From contig OZ245033.1 of the NCBI GenBank assembly GCA_965224025.1, positions 2,688,001 through 2,752,000 on the forward strand: DNA of 64,000 nucleotides, given 5' to 3'. The notes under the pieces are model-generated. The model was not told the DNA's origin. It did no database searches and was given only the letters and a program-made list of their open reading frames with translations. Position numbers and translations under genes: made by a program. The stretch comes from Candidatus Multivorans sp. Lineage in GTDB: Bacteria > Acidobacteriota > Thermoanaerobaculia > Multivoradales > Multivoraceae. This document shows positions 19,223 to 27,506 of this stretch, piece by piece (within the stretch, counting starts at the first letter, position 1; the number at the start of each line of letters is the position of its first letter).

Positions 19223-20329
19223 CTATTGGGAGACCCGGACGCGTGTACCGTCGGTCAGGGTCTCGAGACCGCGTACGACGACCCGCTCGCCGAGCTCGAG
19301 CCCCTGGCGAATCTCGGTGATCTCGTCGTCGCCGAGGCCGAGAACGACTTCGCGCCGCACCGCGCGCTGGCCGTCGAGGACGAAGACGACGCGCCGGCCG
19401 CCGCGCTCGGTAACCGCCTCGCGCGGAATGACGGGGACGTCGTTTCGCTGCTCGACGACCAGGGTCACTTCGACGAACATGCCCGGCCGCAGCAGGCCGC
19501 CGGGATTGCGCACGGCGACCTCGGCGCGGAAGGTGTGGGCGACCGGGTCGACCTCGGGGGACAGGCGAACGACCGCGCCTGCGAACGTCTGGCCCTCCCA
19601 GGCGAAGTGCCTGAGCCGGCCCTGCTGCCTGGGGTGGACCCGCGCCAGTTCGGGGCCCACGAGGTCGATGTCGGCGACCAGGGAGTCGACCGGAGCGATC
19701 CGGGCCACCTGGAAGCCCTGGGAGACGAGCTGGCCGTCGGCGATCGGCATGCCGTTCGGGTCGCGCGCGAGTTCCATCAGCACACCGCCGATCGGAGTCA
19801 GCATCTTCGCGCGGTCCTCGGTCAGGAGGCTCTGCTCCCAGGTCGCCTTCGCGTCCTCGAGCGCGATCTCGGCGCGGCGCAGTTCCTCGGCACTGATCAG
19901 TTCCTGCTCGAACAGCTTGGCGCGGGCGTCTCGTTCGGCCTCGGCGCCCAGGTAGGCCTGGTGGGTTGCTTCGACCCGGGCCGCAAGGCGTGCGTCCTCG
20001 CCGGTGACCTCCGCGATCATCTGGTCGGGGACGACGCGGTCGCCCTCGGCCAGCCGGTCGCCGGAACCGTTGCGGCCGATCAGCAGTCTCCCGGGCGTTT
20101 CGACCTGCAGGACGATGCTCTCGGCCGCTCGCAGAGTGCCGGTGGCGACGATCAGATCCTCGACGCTGCCGGTTTCGACCTCGGCCGCGGTGACCGGCAC
20201 CAGGAAGTCGACGGGGTCCGTGCTGCCGCCGCCTTCGCAGGCGACGATCGCGGCGCAGGCCGCAATCGCAATTGCGAGGCCCGCGCGCCGGAAGTTGGCG
20301 GTCGGGCGGGATGGCTGCCGCGCGCTCAT
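19223..20329 (-). CDS. RND periplasmic adaptor (MFP), probable lipoprotein
   Basis: Start MSARQP (ATGA overlap with upstream gene); lipobox IVAC; LLRPGMFVEV, IPREAV, GLELGERVVVRG. Confidence 0.9.
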   Translation of the reverse strand: MSARQPSRPTANFRRAGLAIAIAACAAIVACEGGGSTDPVDFLVPVTAAEVETGSVEDLIVATGTLRAAESIVLQVETPGRLLIGRNGSGDRLAEGDRVVPDQMIAEVTGEDARLAARVEATHQAYLGAEAERDARAKLFEQELISAEELRRAEIALEDAKATWEQSLLTEDRAKMLTPIGGVLMELARDPNGMPIADGQLVSQGFQVARIAPVDSLVADIDLVGPELARVHPRQQGRLRHFAWEGQTFAGAVVRLSPEVDPVAHTFRAEVAVRNPGGLLRPGMFVEVTLVVEQRNDVPVIPREAVTERGGRRVVFVLDGQRAVRREVVLGLGDDEITEIRQGLELGERVVVRGLETLTDGTRVRVSQ

Positions 20330-23300
20330 GGCCCCGCGCCCCCGGTCTCGGCACGGCCGGCGGCGGCGCCGTTGTCGAGCCGCACGAAGCGCACGGCGTC
20401 CGCGGCGACCGCTCTGCCGGAGGTCTCGTCGCTCAGGACCAGTTCGGTCGGGCCGCCGGCCAGATCGAAGTCTCCGAGCACCGCCCATCCGGTTCCCGCG
20501 GCCGCGGCGTCGAAGTCGATCGGCCGGGAGACGCCGCCGTTCTGCAGTTCGAGGTCGTAGGTACCGAGATTCAGGCCCAGGTTCACCGAGATCCGCACGC
20601 CGTCGCCGTCGTTCCCTCTTCGCTGAGCGTTTCCTCCATCGTTGCCGACCCGCACTTCCCGACGCACGCCCGCGGCGCCGGCTGGCAGCGGCGAGAGCGA
20701 CGGTACGTGCAGTTCGACTCGCCAGCGGCCGTCTGCCGGCAACTCCGTCCGGTAGATCGCGCGGCTGGTCCCTTCGCCCGCTGGCGCCAGGGCGGTCGTG
20801 CGGCGGTAGCGCCCCCAACTCGTGGGCTGTTCGTAGCGCGACCATTCTGTCGGCGTTCCGCCGAAGCTCTGGTAAACGAGCAGGCCCTGATCCGTCTGGT
20901 TCGACGGTGCGAAGAAGCCGGCGAGACCGCCCTGCAGCCGGAAGCCGCCGGTATCCGCTTCATCCGTCTCGATCGAGAAGCCGGGGTCCAGGTCGTCGAC
21001 GACGACCATGTCGGTCGCTGATCGCAGGAAGGCGGGCAGCCAGTCGGCCGGTCGCGTGCCGCGTAGCGGTTCGGCCTCGACGATCGATTCGTCGTCGACA
21101 TCAGGCAGATCGATCGGGAACTCCCGGCGGTTCAGCGACAGATACGGGGAAGCGAGCATCCTGCCCGGCGCCCTGGACGTGACCAGGCCGAATTCGACGG
21201 AGGTGTTTCCCGGGATCAGAGTTGGCTCGCTGGTCTCCCAGCGCACCCCGCTCGGTGCGCGAACGGCGTAGCGGAGCCGGAAGAGGCCGGGCGCTTTCTC
21301 GCCGTTGTGGACGAAGAGACGGGTCTGGTACTGCGGCAGGCCCTGGTCGTCGTCCGCCAGCCGCACGAGTTCGGCTGCGGAGACGACGAAGCCGGGCAGG
21401 TCGGTCTGGTGGAGGAAGTCGCCGACCAGGCCGGCGAGGTCCACGCCGGCTTCCTGAGCGGCCCGTTCGAGGTCGGCGGCGGTGAAGGTCGAGCCCCGGT
21501 GGTCGCGCATGAGGTTGGCGATCATCGCGGCGGTCCGTTCCCGGCCGGCGCCGTCCAGGATTGCGGTGGCCAGGGCCGAGGTCTTCAGGTAGAGCGCGTT
21601 GAGCGCCTTCTTCGGCTCCTCTTCGACCTCCATTTTCGTCAGCGAGGCGCCGAGCACGGCGTCCCAGACTTCGGGGCGGTCCGTGAGGCTCCTCACGATC
21701 GAACTGGAGATGGGTGCGCCGCCTCCGCCGAGCTGGCCCAACACGGCGCCCTGTACCACGCTGCCGATCGTCCAGCCGAACTCGCGGTCGAACAGGTGGG
21801 CCGAGAAGTACGATTCGCCGCCGCTCACCAGCCGGTTCACCAGGTTGTTGCACAGTTCGTCGAGCGCCAGCGCCTCCGGACCGCGGGCGGCGGTCTGATA
21901 CAGGAACAGGTTGCGGATGCCGCCCACCTCCACGTTGCCGCCCGAGAAGTCGTTGCGGAAGAACTGCTGCAGTCTGAAGGCCTTTGCCCGCGCCAGACCG
22001 CCCTCCTGCTCCTCGAACTGCTCAGGGTTGCGGAACGGGAACTCGAAGCGAGCGGTCGGCAGGCTGCTCTCGCTGATCAGCACCATGCCCGGCGGTGCGC
22101 GCTCGGTGTCCATGCGCCAACCGCCGCCGTAGGAACGCAGCGTCCAGGGCACTTCGACCAGGGTGAGTTGGCGGTAGGGGTAGGGCAGACCGAGCTCGCG
22201 GGCAGTGGCGAAGCGCTCGGCGGCGACCGCTTCGATCTCTTCCCTGGCATCGGCGAAGAACTCCACGTTTCTGAGATGGCGGGGGTGGACGAGCAGTTCG
22301 ATCTCGACGCCCTCGATCTCCGTCGTCCGGCGATCGAACCGTCCGGCGATCAGGGCCGCTTCAGGCACGACCCCCACCGGTGCGAACCGTTGCCGGTCGC
22401 CTGCCGCCTCGCCTCTGCCTGGCCCGGCGACCGTCCAGCCCGAGGGGGCGCCGACCTCCAGGTCGAGTTCGAAGAAGTCTCTGGGACGCCTTCGCGGATC
22501 GGCGAGGCCAACTGAAGCGCCGGGGCGTGGCAGCCAGGCCAGCGCGGCGGGCAGCGCGACGTAGCGACGCTCCGCAAAGCCGTTCAGGGCGCCGAGAATG
22601 ATGATCTGCGCGTCCTGGAACTTGATCCGGTTGAAATCGATCGCGGAATCCAGGTGGGCGAAGCGAAGGTCAGGCCGTCCGTGGGCGCGCAGGCGAAGGT
22701 CGACGGCTTGGCCCGCGGCCTGCGAGCGCCCGAGGTCGACTTCGAGCAGGCCGGCGCCGTGGTTGAAGGCGAGCGGCGCGCCGGCAGAGTCCTCGACGGC
22801 ATCGACGTCAAGGCCGGGGTTCAGGCTGAAGAGGGCCCGCGAACCTCCGGCGGCGAGGAACCGGACGTTGACGTCGAGGGTCAGACGACCCCGCGGTTCG
22901 ATGTCGACGGAGCCGTGGATCCGCTCCAGGTCAAGGACCGGTTCCTCCTGACGTTCCGCGTGGGCGATCCGCCAGTCGTCGATCTCGTCGACCTGGTTGG
23001 TGGCGGTCACCGCGGCGGCCGCGATCGTGCCGATGGCCGCGACCAGAAGGCCGGCGCCGGCGGTGGCCCACAGGCGTCGCCGGGCGTCGTCGAGCCGGGG
23101 ATGGACGGCGACGGCGACCGCAAGCAGACCAACGGCCAGCGCCGCGACCGTGGCCCGGTTCATCAGGTTCAGGGCGGTCCATATCTGGGGCGCGACTTCG
23201 GACGGATTGCTGCCGAAGCCGCCCTGGAGCGACAGGATGGGCAGGATGTAGGTCGGTACGCGGAAGGAGAGAATCCATGGACCGATGGCCAGCCCGAGGC

Positions 23301-23874
23301 CAAGAAGCGCGGCCACCAGGCGGTTGCGGCTCAGGAGCGACGCCACCTGGACGAAGGCGATGGTCATGGCCAGCGCCGGCAGCGCCTCGGTCAGCAGGTA
23401 GGCCCAGACGGAACTCCAGATCGCCGGTTCGCCCACGTACCAACCGAGCGCCACTCCGAGATGGCCGAAGCCCTGGATGAGCATCATGCCGATGAAGGCG
23501 ACGCCCCAGATCAGGATCAGGGCGCCCAGGAACCTGCCCAGGACGAGTTCCGCGTTCGAATAGGGCCGGCTGTCCAGGACCTCGATCACGCGGTCGCGCC
23601 GGTCCCGTGCGCGCACGTCGAAGGCCAGAAAGACGACGCCGATCGCCAGGACCATCGTCTGGATCGAACCCATCTGGGCGAGCAGGAACTTCGGGCTGAA
23701 CGAGCCGACCGTCGCCGACCAGGACGAGAAGAGGCCGTGGATAGCCCAGTAGTAGCCGTACGACAGCAGGCCGATGAGGATTGCAAGGCCCGAGAACAAC
23801 CAGAAGCGGAACAGCCGGCGGATGGTGCGCATCTCGGCGCGGGCCAGGGACCAGACGGCGGCGAGTGAGATCAC
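20326..23874 (-). CDS. ABC-2 permease fused to an M1-aminopeptidase-like domain lacking HEXXH and a C-terminal golvesin-like beta-sandwich
   Basis: N-terminal TMs with RDRRDRVIEVLDSRPYSNAELVLGR; LPYPYRQLTLVEVP; YLKTSAL...DFLHQTDLP; tail GWAVLGDFDL...AADAVRFVR; start GTG 23874 after AGGAGG. Confidence 0.8.
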   Translation of the reverse strand: MISLAAVWSLARAEMRTIRRLFRFWLFSGLAILIGLLSYGYYWAIHGLFSSWSATVGSFSPKFLLAQMGSIQTMVLAIGVVFLAFDVRARDRRDRVIEVLDSRPYSNAELVLGRFLGALILIWGVAFIGMMLIQGFGHLGVALGWYVGEPAIWSSVWAYLLTEALPALAMTIAFVQVASLLSRNRLVAALLGLGLAIGPWILSFRVPTYILPILSLQGGFGSNPSEVAPQIWTALNLMNRATVAALAVGLLAVAVAVHPRLDDARRRLWATAGAGLLVAAIGTIAAAAVTATNQVDEIDDWRIAHAERQEEPVLDLERIHGSVDIEPRGRLTLDVNVRFLAAGGSRALFSLNPGLDVDAVEDSAGAPLAFNHGAGLLEVDLGRSQAAGQAVDLRLRAHGRPDLRFAHLDSAIDFNRIKFQDAQIIILGALNGFAERRYVALPAALAWLPRPGASVGLADPRRRPRDFFELDLEVGAPSGWTVAGPGRGEAAGDRQRFAPVGVVPEAALIAGRFDRRTTEIEGVEIELLVHPRHLRNVEFFADAREEIEAVAAERFATARELGLPYPYRQLTLVEVPWTLRSYGGGWRMDTERAPPGMVLISESSLPTARFEFPFRNPEQFEEQEGGLARAKAFRLQQFFRNDFSGGNVEVGGIRNLFLYQTAARGPEALALDELCNNLVNRLVSGGESYFSAHLFDREFGWTIGSVVQGAVLGQLGGGGAPISSSIVRSLTDRPEVWDAVLGASLTKMEVEEEPKKALNALYLKTSALATAILDGAGRERTAAMIANLMRDHRGSTFTAADLERAAQEAGVDLAGLVGDFLHQTDLPGFVVSAAELVRLADDDQGLPQYQTRLFVHNGEKAPGLFRLRYAVRAPSGVRWETSEPTLIPGNTSVEFGLVTSRAPGRMLASPYLSLNRREFPIDLPDVDDESIVEAEPLRGTRPADWLPAFLRSATDMVVVDDLDPGFSIETDEADTGGFRLQGGLAGFFAPSNQTDQGLLVYQSFGGTPTEWSRYEQPTSWGRYRRTTALAPAGEGTSRAIYRTELPADGRWRVELHVPSLSPLPAGAAGVRREVRVGNDGGNAQRRGNDGDGVRISVNLGLNLGTYDLELQNGGVSRPIDFDAAAAGTGWAVLGDFDLAGGPTELVLSDETSGRAVAADAVRFVRLDNGAAAGRAETGGAGP

Positions 23875-23888
23875 TGTCGGGCCCTCCT

Positions 23889-23917
23889 GGGAACGCGGGC
23901 GTCTCGCCCGCATCCGG
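23889..23917 (+). repeat. REP-like palindrome inside the transporter operon
   Basis: GGGAACGCGGGCGTCTCGCCCGCATCCGG. Confidence 0.8.
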
Positions 23918-23944
23918 CTCGGGGCCAGACCACGGCGAGCGGCA

Positions 23945-24964
23945 TCACGGTTGAGCCTCCTTGCCGGACACGCCTCCGTCGGGTGGCGCTGTTGCGCCGG
24001 GAGACCCTGGGCCCTCCAAGTCTTCGGCAAGTCCGGCGCCTTCGCTCTCGCCGAAGTGCTTCTCGGTCACGATGGCCTCGGCGCGGCCGCGCGCGACCAT
24101 GAAGGCGAGGTATCCCTCCTCGAGGGTCGGCGACGAGGCGATCCGGGCGTCCGCCGGCACGCCGCCGGGCGCCGCGACGCCGCGGTAGGTCGTTTCGTTC
24201 ATGCTGGCGGTGCGCGAGACGATCTCGAAGCCGCCCTCGGGTTGCGGCGCGGATGTCGGCAGGGTCAGCTCGAAGACTTGGCCCTGGGCGCGCTCGAGCA
24301 GGCCTGACGGAGAGCCGCGAAAGACGATCTTGCCCGCGTCGAGCAGGGCGAGGTCGCTGCAGCCGGTACCCAGGTCGGCGACGATGTGGGTAGAGAGGAT
24401 GATCGTCCGTTCGCGGCCGAGGTTCGCCATCAGTTGGCGGAAGCGCAGGCGCTCCTCGGGATCCAGGCCGACCGTGGGTTCGTCGACCACCAGCAGGCGG
24501 GGTTGGTGGATCAGCGCCTGGGCGATGCCGAGGCGGCGGGTCATGCCGCCGGACAGCTTCTTCACCTTGCGGTGGGCGACCTCGCCGAGGCCGACGCTGT
24601 CGAGGACGGAGTCGACCCGGGCCCGGCGGGCGCCGCGGCCGTCCAGGCCCGAGAGCTCGGCCAGGGTGTCGAGGACTTCCTCCACGCGGTGCAGGCGCCA
24701 GGCGCCGAACTCCTGCGGAAGGTAGCCCAGGTGTGCGCGGACGCCGCGTCGCTGAGAGACCACGTCGTGGCCGAAGACCGTTGCCGCCCCGCCGCTGGGC
24801 TTGAGCAGCGTGCAGACGATCCGCATCAGGGTGCTCTTGCCGGCGCCGTTGGGGCCCAGCAGACCGAAAAGGCCGGCGCCGATCTCCAGATCGACGCCGT
24901 TGAGGGCTACTGTGCCGCCGCGATAGACGTGGCGGAGGCCGCGGGCGGCCACTGTCGTCGTCAG
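23945..24964 (-). CDS. ABC transporter ATP-binding protein
   Basis: GPNGAGKS, GYLPQE, LSGGMTRR, LLVVDEPT, STH; start may be CTG 24964 (6 nt after GGAGGAG) or GTG 24952. Confidence 0.93.
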   Translation of the reverse strand: MTTTVAARGLRHVYRGGTVALNGVDLEIGAGLFGLLGPNGAGKSTLMRIVCTLLKPSGGAATVFGHDVVSQRRGVRAHLGYLPQEFGAWRLHRVEEVLDTLAELSGLDGRGARRARVDSVLDSVGLGEVAHRKVKKLSGGMTRRLGIAQALIHQPRLLVVDEPTVGLDPEERLRFRQLMANLGRERTIILSTHIVADLGTGCSDLALLDAGKIVFRGSPSGLLERAQGQVFELTLPTSAPQPEGGFEIVSRTASMNETTYRGVAAPGGVPADARIASSPTLEEGYLAFMVARGRAEAIVTEKHFGESEGAGLAEDLEGPGSPGATAPPDGGVSGKEAQP

Positions 24965-24988
24965 AGTTGTCTCCTCCCGAAAGGTCTA

Positions 24989-25016
24989 TACGGATGACAG
25001 CGGTGCATGGTTTACA
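24989..25016 (-). promoter_or_regulatory. Candidate ECF-sigma promoter of the transporter operon
   Basis: Minus strand TGTAAAC-N17-CGTA just upstream of the RBS; resembles the AAC/CGT ECF consensus. Confidence 0.5.
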
Positions 25017-25156
25017 AGGCTCTGAAGCCGAGATCTCGGTTCGCTTGCGATGAAACTCAGCCCTGTGGCTCGGCGTACGTCCTATAGTATGCGGGCGCCG
25101 GCCCGGACACTCTTTCCGACAACATCTCTGGACACCCCCCAACGGAGGCTTCAAGA

Positions 25157-26641
25157 ATGATCCGTTCCCAGTTCTCGCTCGTGAGTCGTGCGCTCGCACT
25201 CGGCGCCGTCTGTTCGCTGGCCTTCTCCGGCCTCGCCGCTGCCGCCGCGGTCGACCCCGAGCCGGTCACCTTCTACCGCGACGTGGCGCCCGTGCTGCAG
25301 CAGGAATGCCAGGTCTGCCATCGGCCCAACGGCGCCAACCTCGGCGGCATGGTGGCGCCGATGGCGCTCACGACGTACGAAGAGACGCGGCCCTGGGCGC
25401 GTTCGATCGCGCGCCAGATCGCTGCGCGCGCGATGCCTCCCTGGGATGCCTCCCCGGCACACAACGGTGTGTTCTCCAACGAGCGCACGCTGACCCAGGA
25501 AGAGATCGACCTGATCGTGCGCTGGGCGGAATCCGGCGCTCCGGCCGGCGACCCGGCGGACGCCCCGGCCGCCATCGAGTGGCCGAGCAGCGACGGCTGG
25601 CTGATCGGCGAGCCGGACCTCGTCCTGCAGTTCGACGAGCCCTTCTGGGTCGAGGACGACGTGGACGACCTCTACATCTACCGGAAGACGACGGTGACCG
25701 AGGACATGATCCCCGAGGACCGCTTCGTCAAGGCGATCGAGTTCCGGCCCGGCAGCTCGGCGGTTCACCACATCATCGTTCCGGGCCTGGGCGGCATCGC
25801 TCCCGGCAACGACCCGGTGATCCACGCGGACGGCATGGCGGACGTGCTCAAGGCCGGCCGCGACCTGACTTGGCAGATGCATTACCACAAGGAGCCGGGC
25901 GAGGGCACCGGATCCTGGGATCAGTCCTCGGTGGCGCTCAAGTTCTATGACAGCGAAGACGAGGTGAAGTACGAGGTCTTCAACGCGGACATGGGCAAGT
26001 ACGACTTCGCCGTTCCGCCCGGCGCCTCCGACTACACGATCCAGACCGAGTGGATCTTCCCGACGGACTCGGAGATCGTGGGTTACCTGCCGCACATGCA
26101 CCTGCGCGGCAAGGCGGCGAAGTACGAGGCCTACTACCCGGACGGCAGCCACGAAGTCCTGCTCGACGTGCCGAACTACGACTTCAACTGGCAGACCACC
26201 TACAAGTACCAGGAGCGGAAGAAGGTGCCGGCAGGCACTCGGGTGGTCCTGACCACGGTCTTCGACAACTCGGAAGACAACCCGGCCAACCCGGATCCGT
26301 CGATGACGGTGCGCTGGGGCGAGCCGACCACCGACGAGATGAGCTTCGGCTTCATGTCCTACATCAACGAAGAGAACAAGGGCCGCGGCGCTTTCCAGGG
26401 CCAGGACGGGAGCATTGACGTCACGGCCATCGTGGCCTTCTCGGACGAGAGCCGTGACGGCCTGATGCAGCTTGAGGAGGCGCCGGACATGGTCAAGCCC
26501 TACTTCGAGATGATGGACCAGAACAAGGACGGCGCCGTCGACATGGAGGAGGCGAAGGCAGCCAACGGCGTCCTCGAGCAGATGGCGGAAGGCGGGGCGG
26601 AGGCCGACACGCCCGCCGCCGGAGCGGCCGGCGGGCAGTAG
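25157..26641 (+). CDS. Secreted c-type heme + copper type II (PHM/DBH-like) monooxygenase domain protein with EF-hand-like tail
   Basis: Signal peptide; CQVCH; VHH, MHYH, PHMHLRGK, DEM Cu ligands; DESRDGLMQLEE and DQNKDGAVDMEE loops. Confidence 0.8.
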   Translation: MIRSQFSLVSRALALGAVCSLAFSGLAAAAAVDPEPVTFYRDVAPVLQQECQVCHRPNGANLGGMVAPMALTTYEETRPWARSIARQIAARAMPPWDASPAHNGVFSNERTLTQEEIDLIVRWAESGAPAGDPADAPAAIEWPSSDGWLIGEPDLVLQFDEPFWVEDDVDDLYIYRKTTVTEDMIPEDRFVKAIEFRPGSSAVHHIIVPGLGGIAPGNDPVIHADGMADVLKAGRDLTWQMHYHKEPGEGTGSWDQSSVALKFYDSEDEVKYEVFNADMGKYDFAVPPGASDYTIQTEWIFPTDSEIVGYLPHMHLRGKAAKYEAYYPDGSHEVLLDVPNYDFNWQTTYKYQERKKVPAGTRVVLTTVFDNSEDNPANPDPSMTVRWGEPTTDEMSFGFMSYINEENKGRGAFQGQDGSIDVTAIVAFSDESRDGLMQLEEAPDMVKPYFEMMDQNKDGAVDMEEAKAANGVLEQMAEGGAEADTPAAGAAGGQ

Positions 26642-26666
26642 CCCCCTTGGGCAGTCCGTTCAGTTC

Positions 26667-26701
26667 GAACCGCCGGCGCGCCGAAAGGCCGCCGGCGGTT
26701 C
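26667..26701. terminator. Hairpin between convergent genes
   Basis: GAACCGCCGGCG...GAAA...CGCCGGCGGTTC. Confidence 0.7.
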
Positions 26702-26712
26702 TGCGTGTCGGG

Positions 26713-27480
26713 TCAGATGTCGTAGGCGTGACGAATTGCCGCCGCGGCCAACAGGCGCGCAGGATCCAGCAACGGCCTCTCCGCAACCTCCGCCCCGTCA
26801 AGCGCCAGTGGAATCTCAGTACACCCCGCCACCAGGACATCAACGCCGCCCTCATCGACAAGCCGCTGGGCCGCCTCCTCGAGCAACGCACACGCCTCAG
26901 CCGACCCGCCATCCGTCTTGATCCCGCCTCCCTGATGCCGTTCGTCGATCCAGGGCCCGTAGATCGGCTCCATCACGCAACGGAGCTGCAACGCTTCGCC
27001 GTTCTCCAGGTCGAGCGGGCTCATAGCCGCTAGGCCTCGCTCCGCCAGCGGATCGTGGTACAGGCGCGAGCGCAGCGTGCCGGAGGTGGCGAGCAGCCCG
27101 ACGCACCTTTCCGGCGCGATGCGGGAGGCCTCGTCGGCGGTGGCCTCGATCAGGCTGAGAATCGGCAGCGGGCTCTCCTCGCGCAGTGGCGCCAGGAACA
27201 GGTGCGCCGTGTTGCAGGCGACCACGGCGAAGTCCGCTCCGGCCCGCCGCACCCGTTCCAGGCTTCGAAGCAGCACCGGGGTCGGGTCCTCGGCGTGGCC
27301 CAGGAAGGCTTCGGTCCGGTCCGGAGTCTGCGGGATGCTCGAAAGCACCCACTGCGGGAAGTCTTGATCGCGCCGGGCCCCGATCAGCTCGCTCGCAGCG
27401 TCCAGCAGCTTCCGCTCGAAGTCCAGATGCGCGAACGGCCCGAGTCCTCCGACGATCCCGATGAGCCGTCGTTGCTGCAT
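26713..27480 (-). CDS. Aspartate/glutamate racemase family protein
   Basis: IGIVGGLGP, IPQTPDRT, VACNTAH and AGCTEIP catalytic Cys motifs. Confidence 0.9.
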   Translation of the reverse strand: MQQRRLIGIVGGLGPFAHLDFERKLLDAASELIGARRDQDFPQWVLSSIPQTPDRTEAFLGHAEDPTPVLLRSLERVRRAGADFAVVACNTAHLFLAPLREESPLPILSLIEATADEASRIAPERCVGLLATSGTLRSRLYHDPLAERGLAAMSPLDLENGEALQLRCVMEPIYGPWIDERHQGGGIKTDGGSAEACALLEEAAQRLVDEGGVDVLVAGCTEIPLALDGAEVAERPLLDPARLLAAAAIRHAYDI

Positions 27481-27506
27481 GCGAGTTGTCAGCCCCGCCT
27501 GAAGGC

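Noticed and set aside
11239-23868. Long plus-strand ORFs (e.g. 13354-16104, 17897-20560)
   Set aside because: Antisense shadows of GC3-rich transporter genes; no motifs.
26713-27480. Racemase as a peptide epimerase for the precursors
   Set aside because: This family acts on free amino acids; the gene lies behind the sulfatase, outside the operon.
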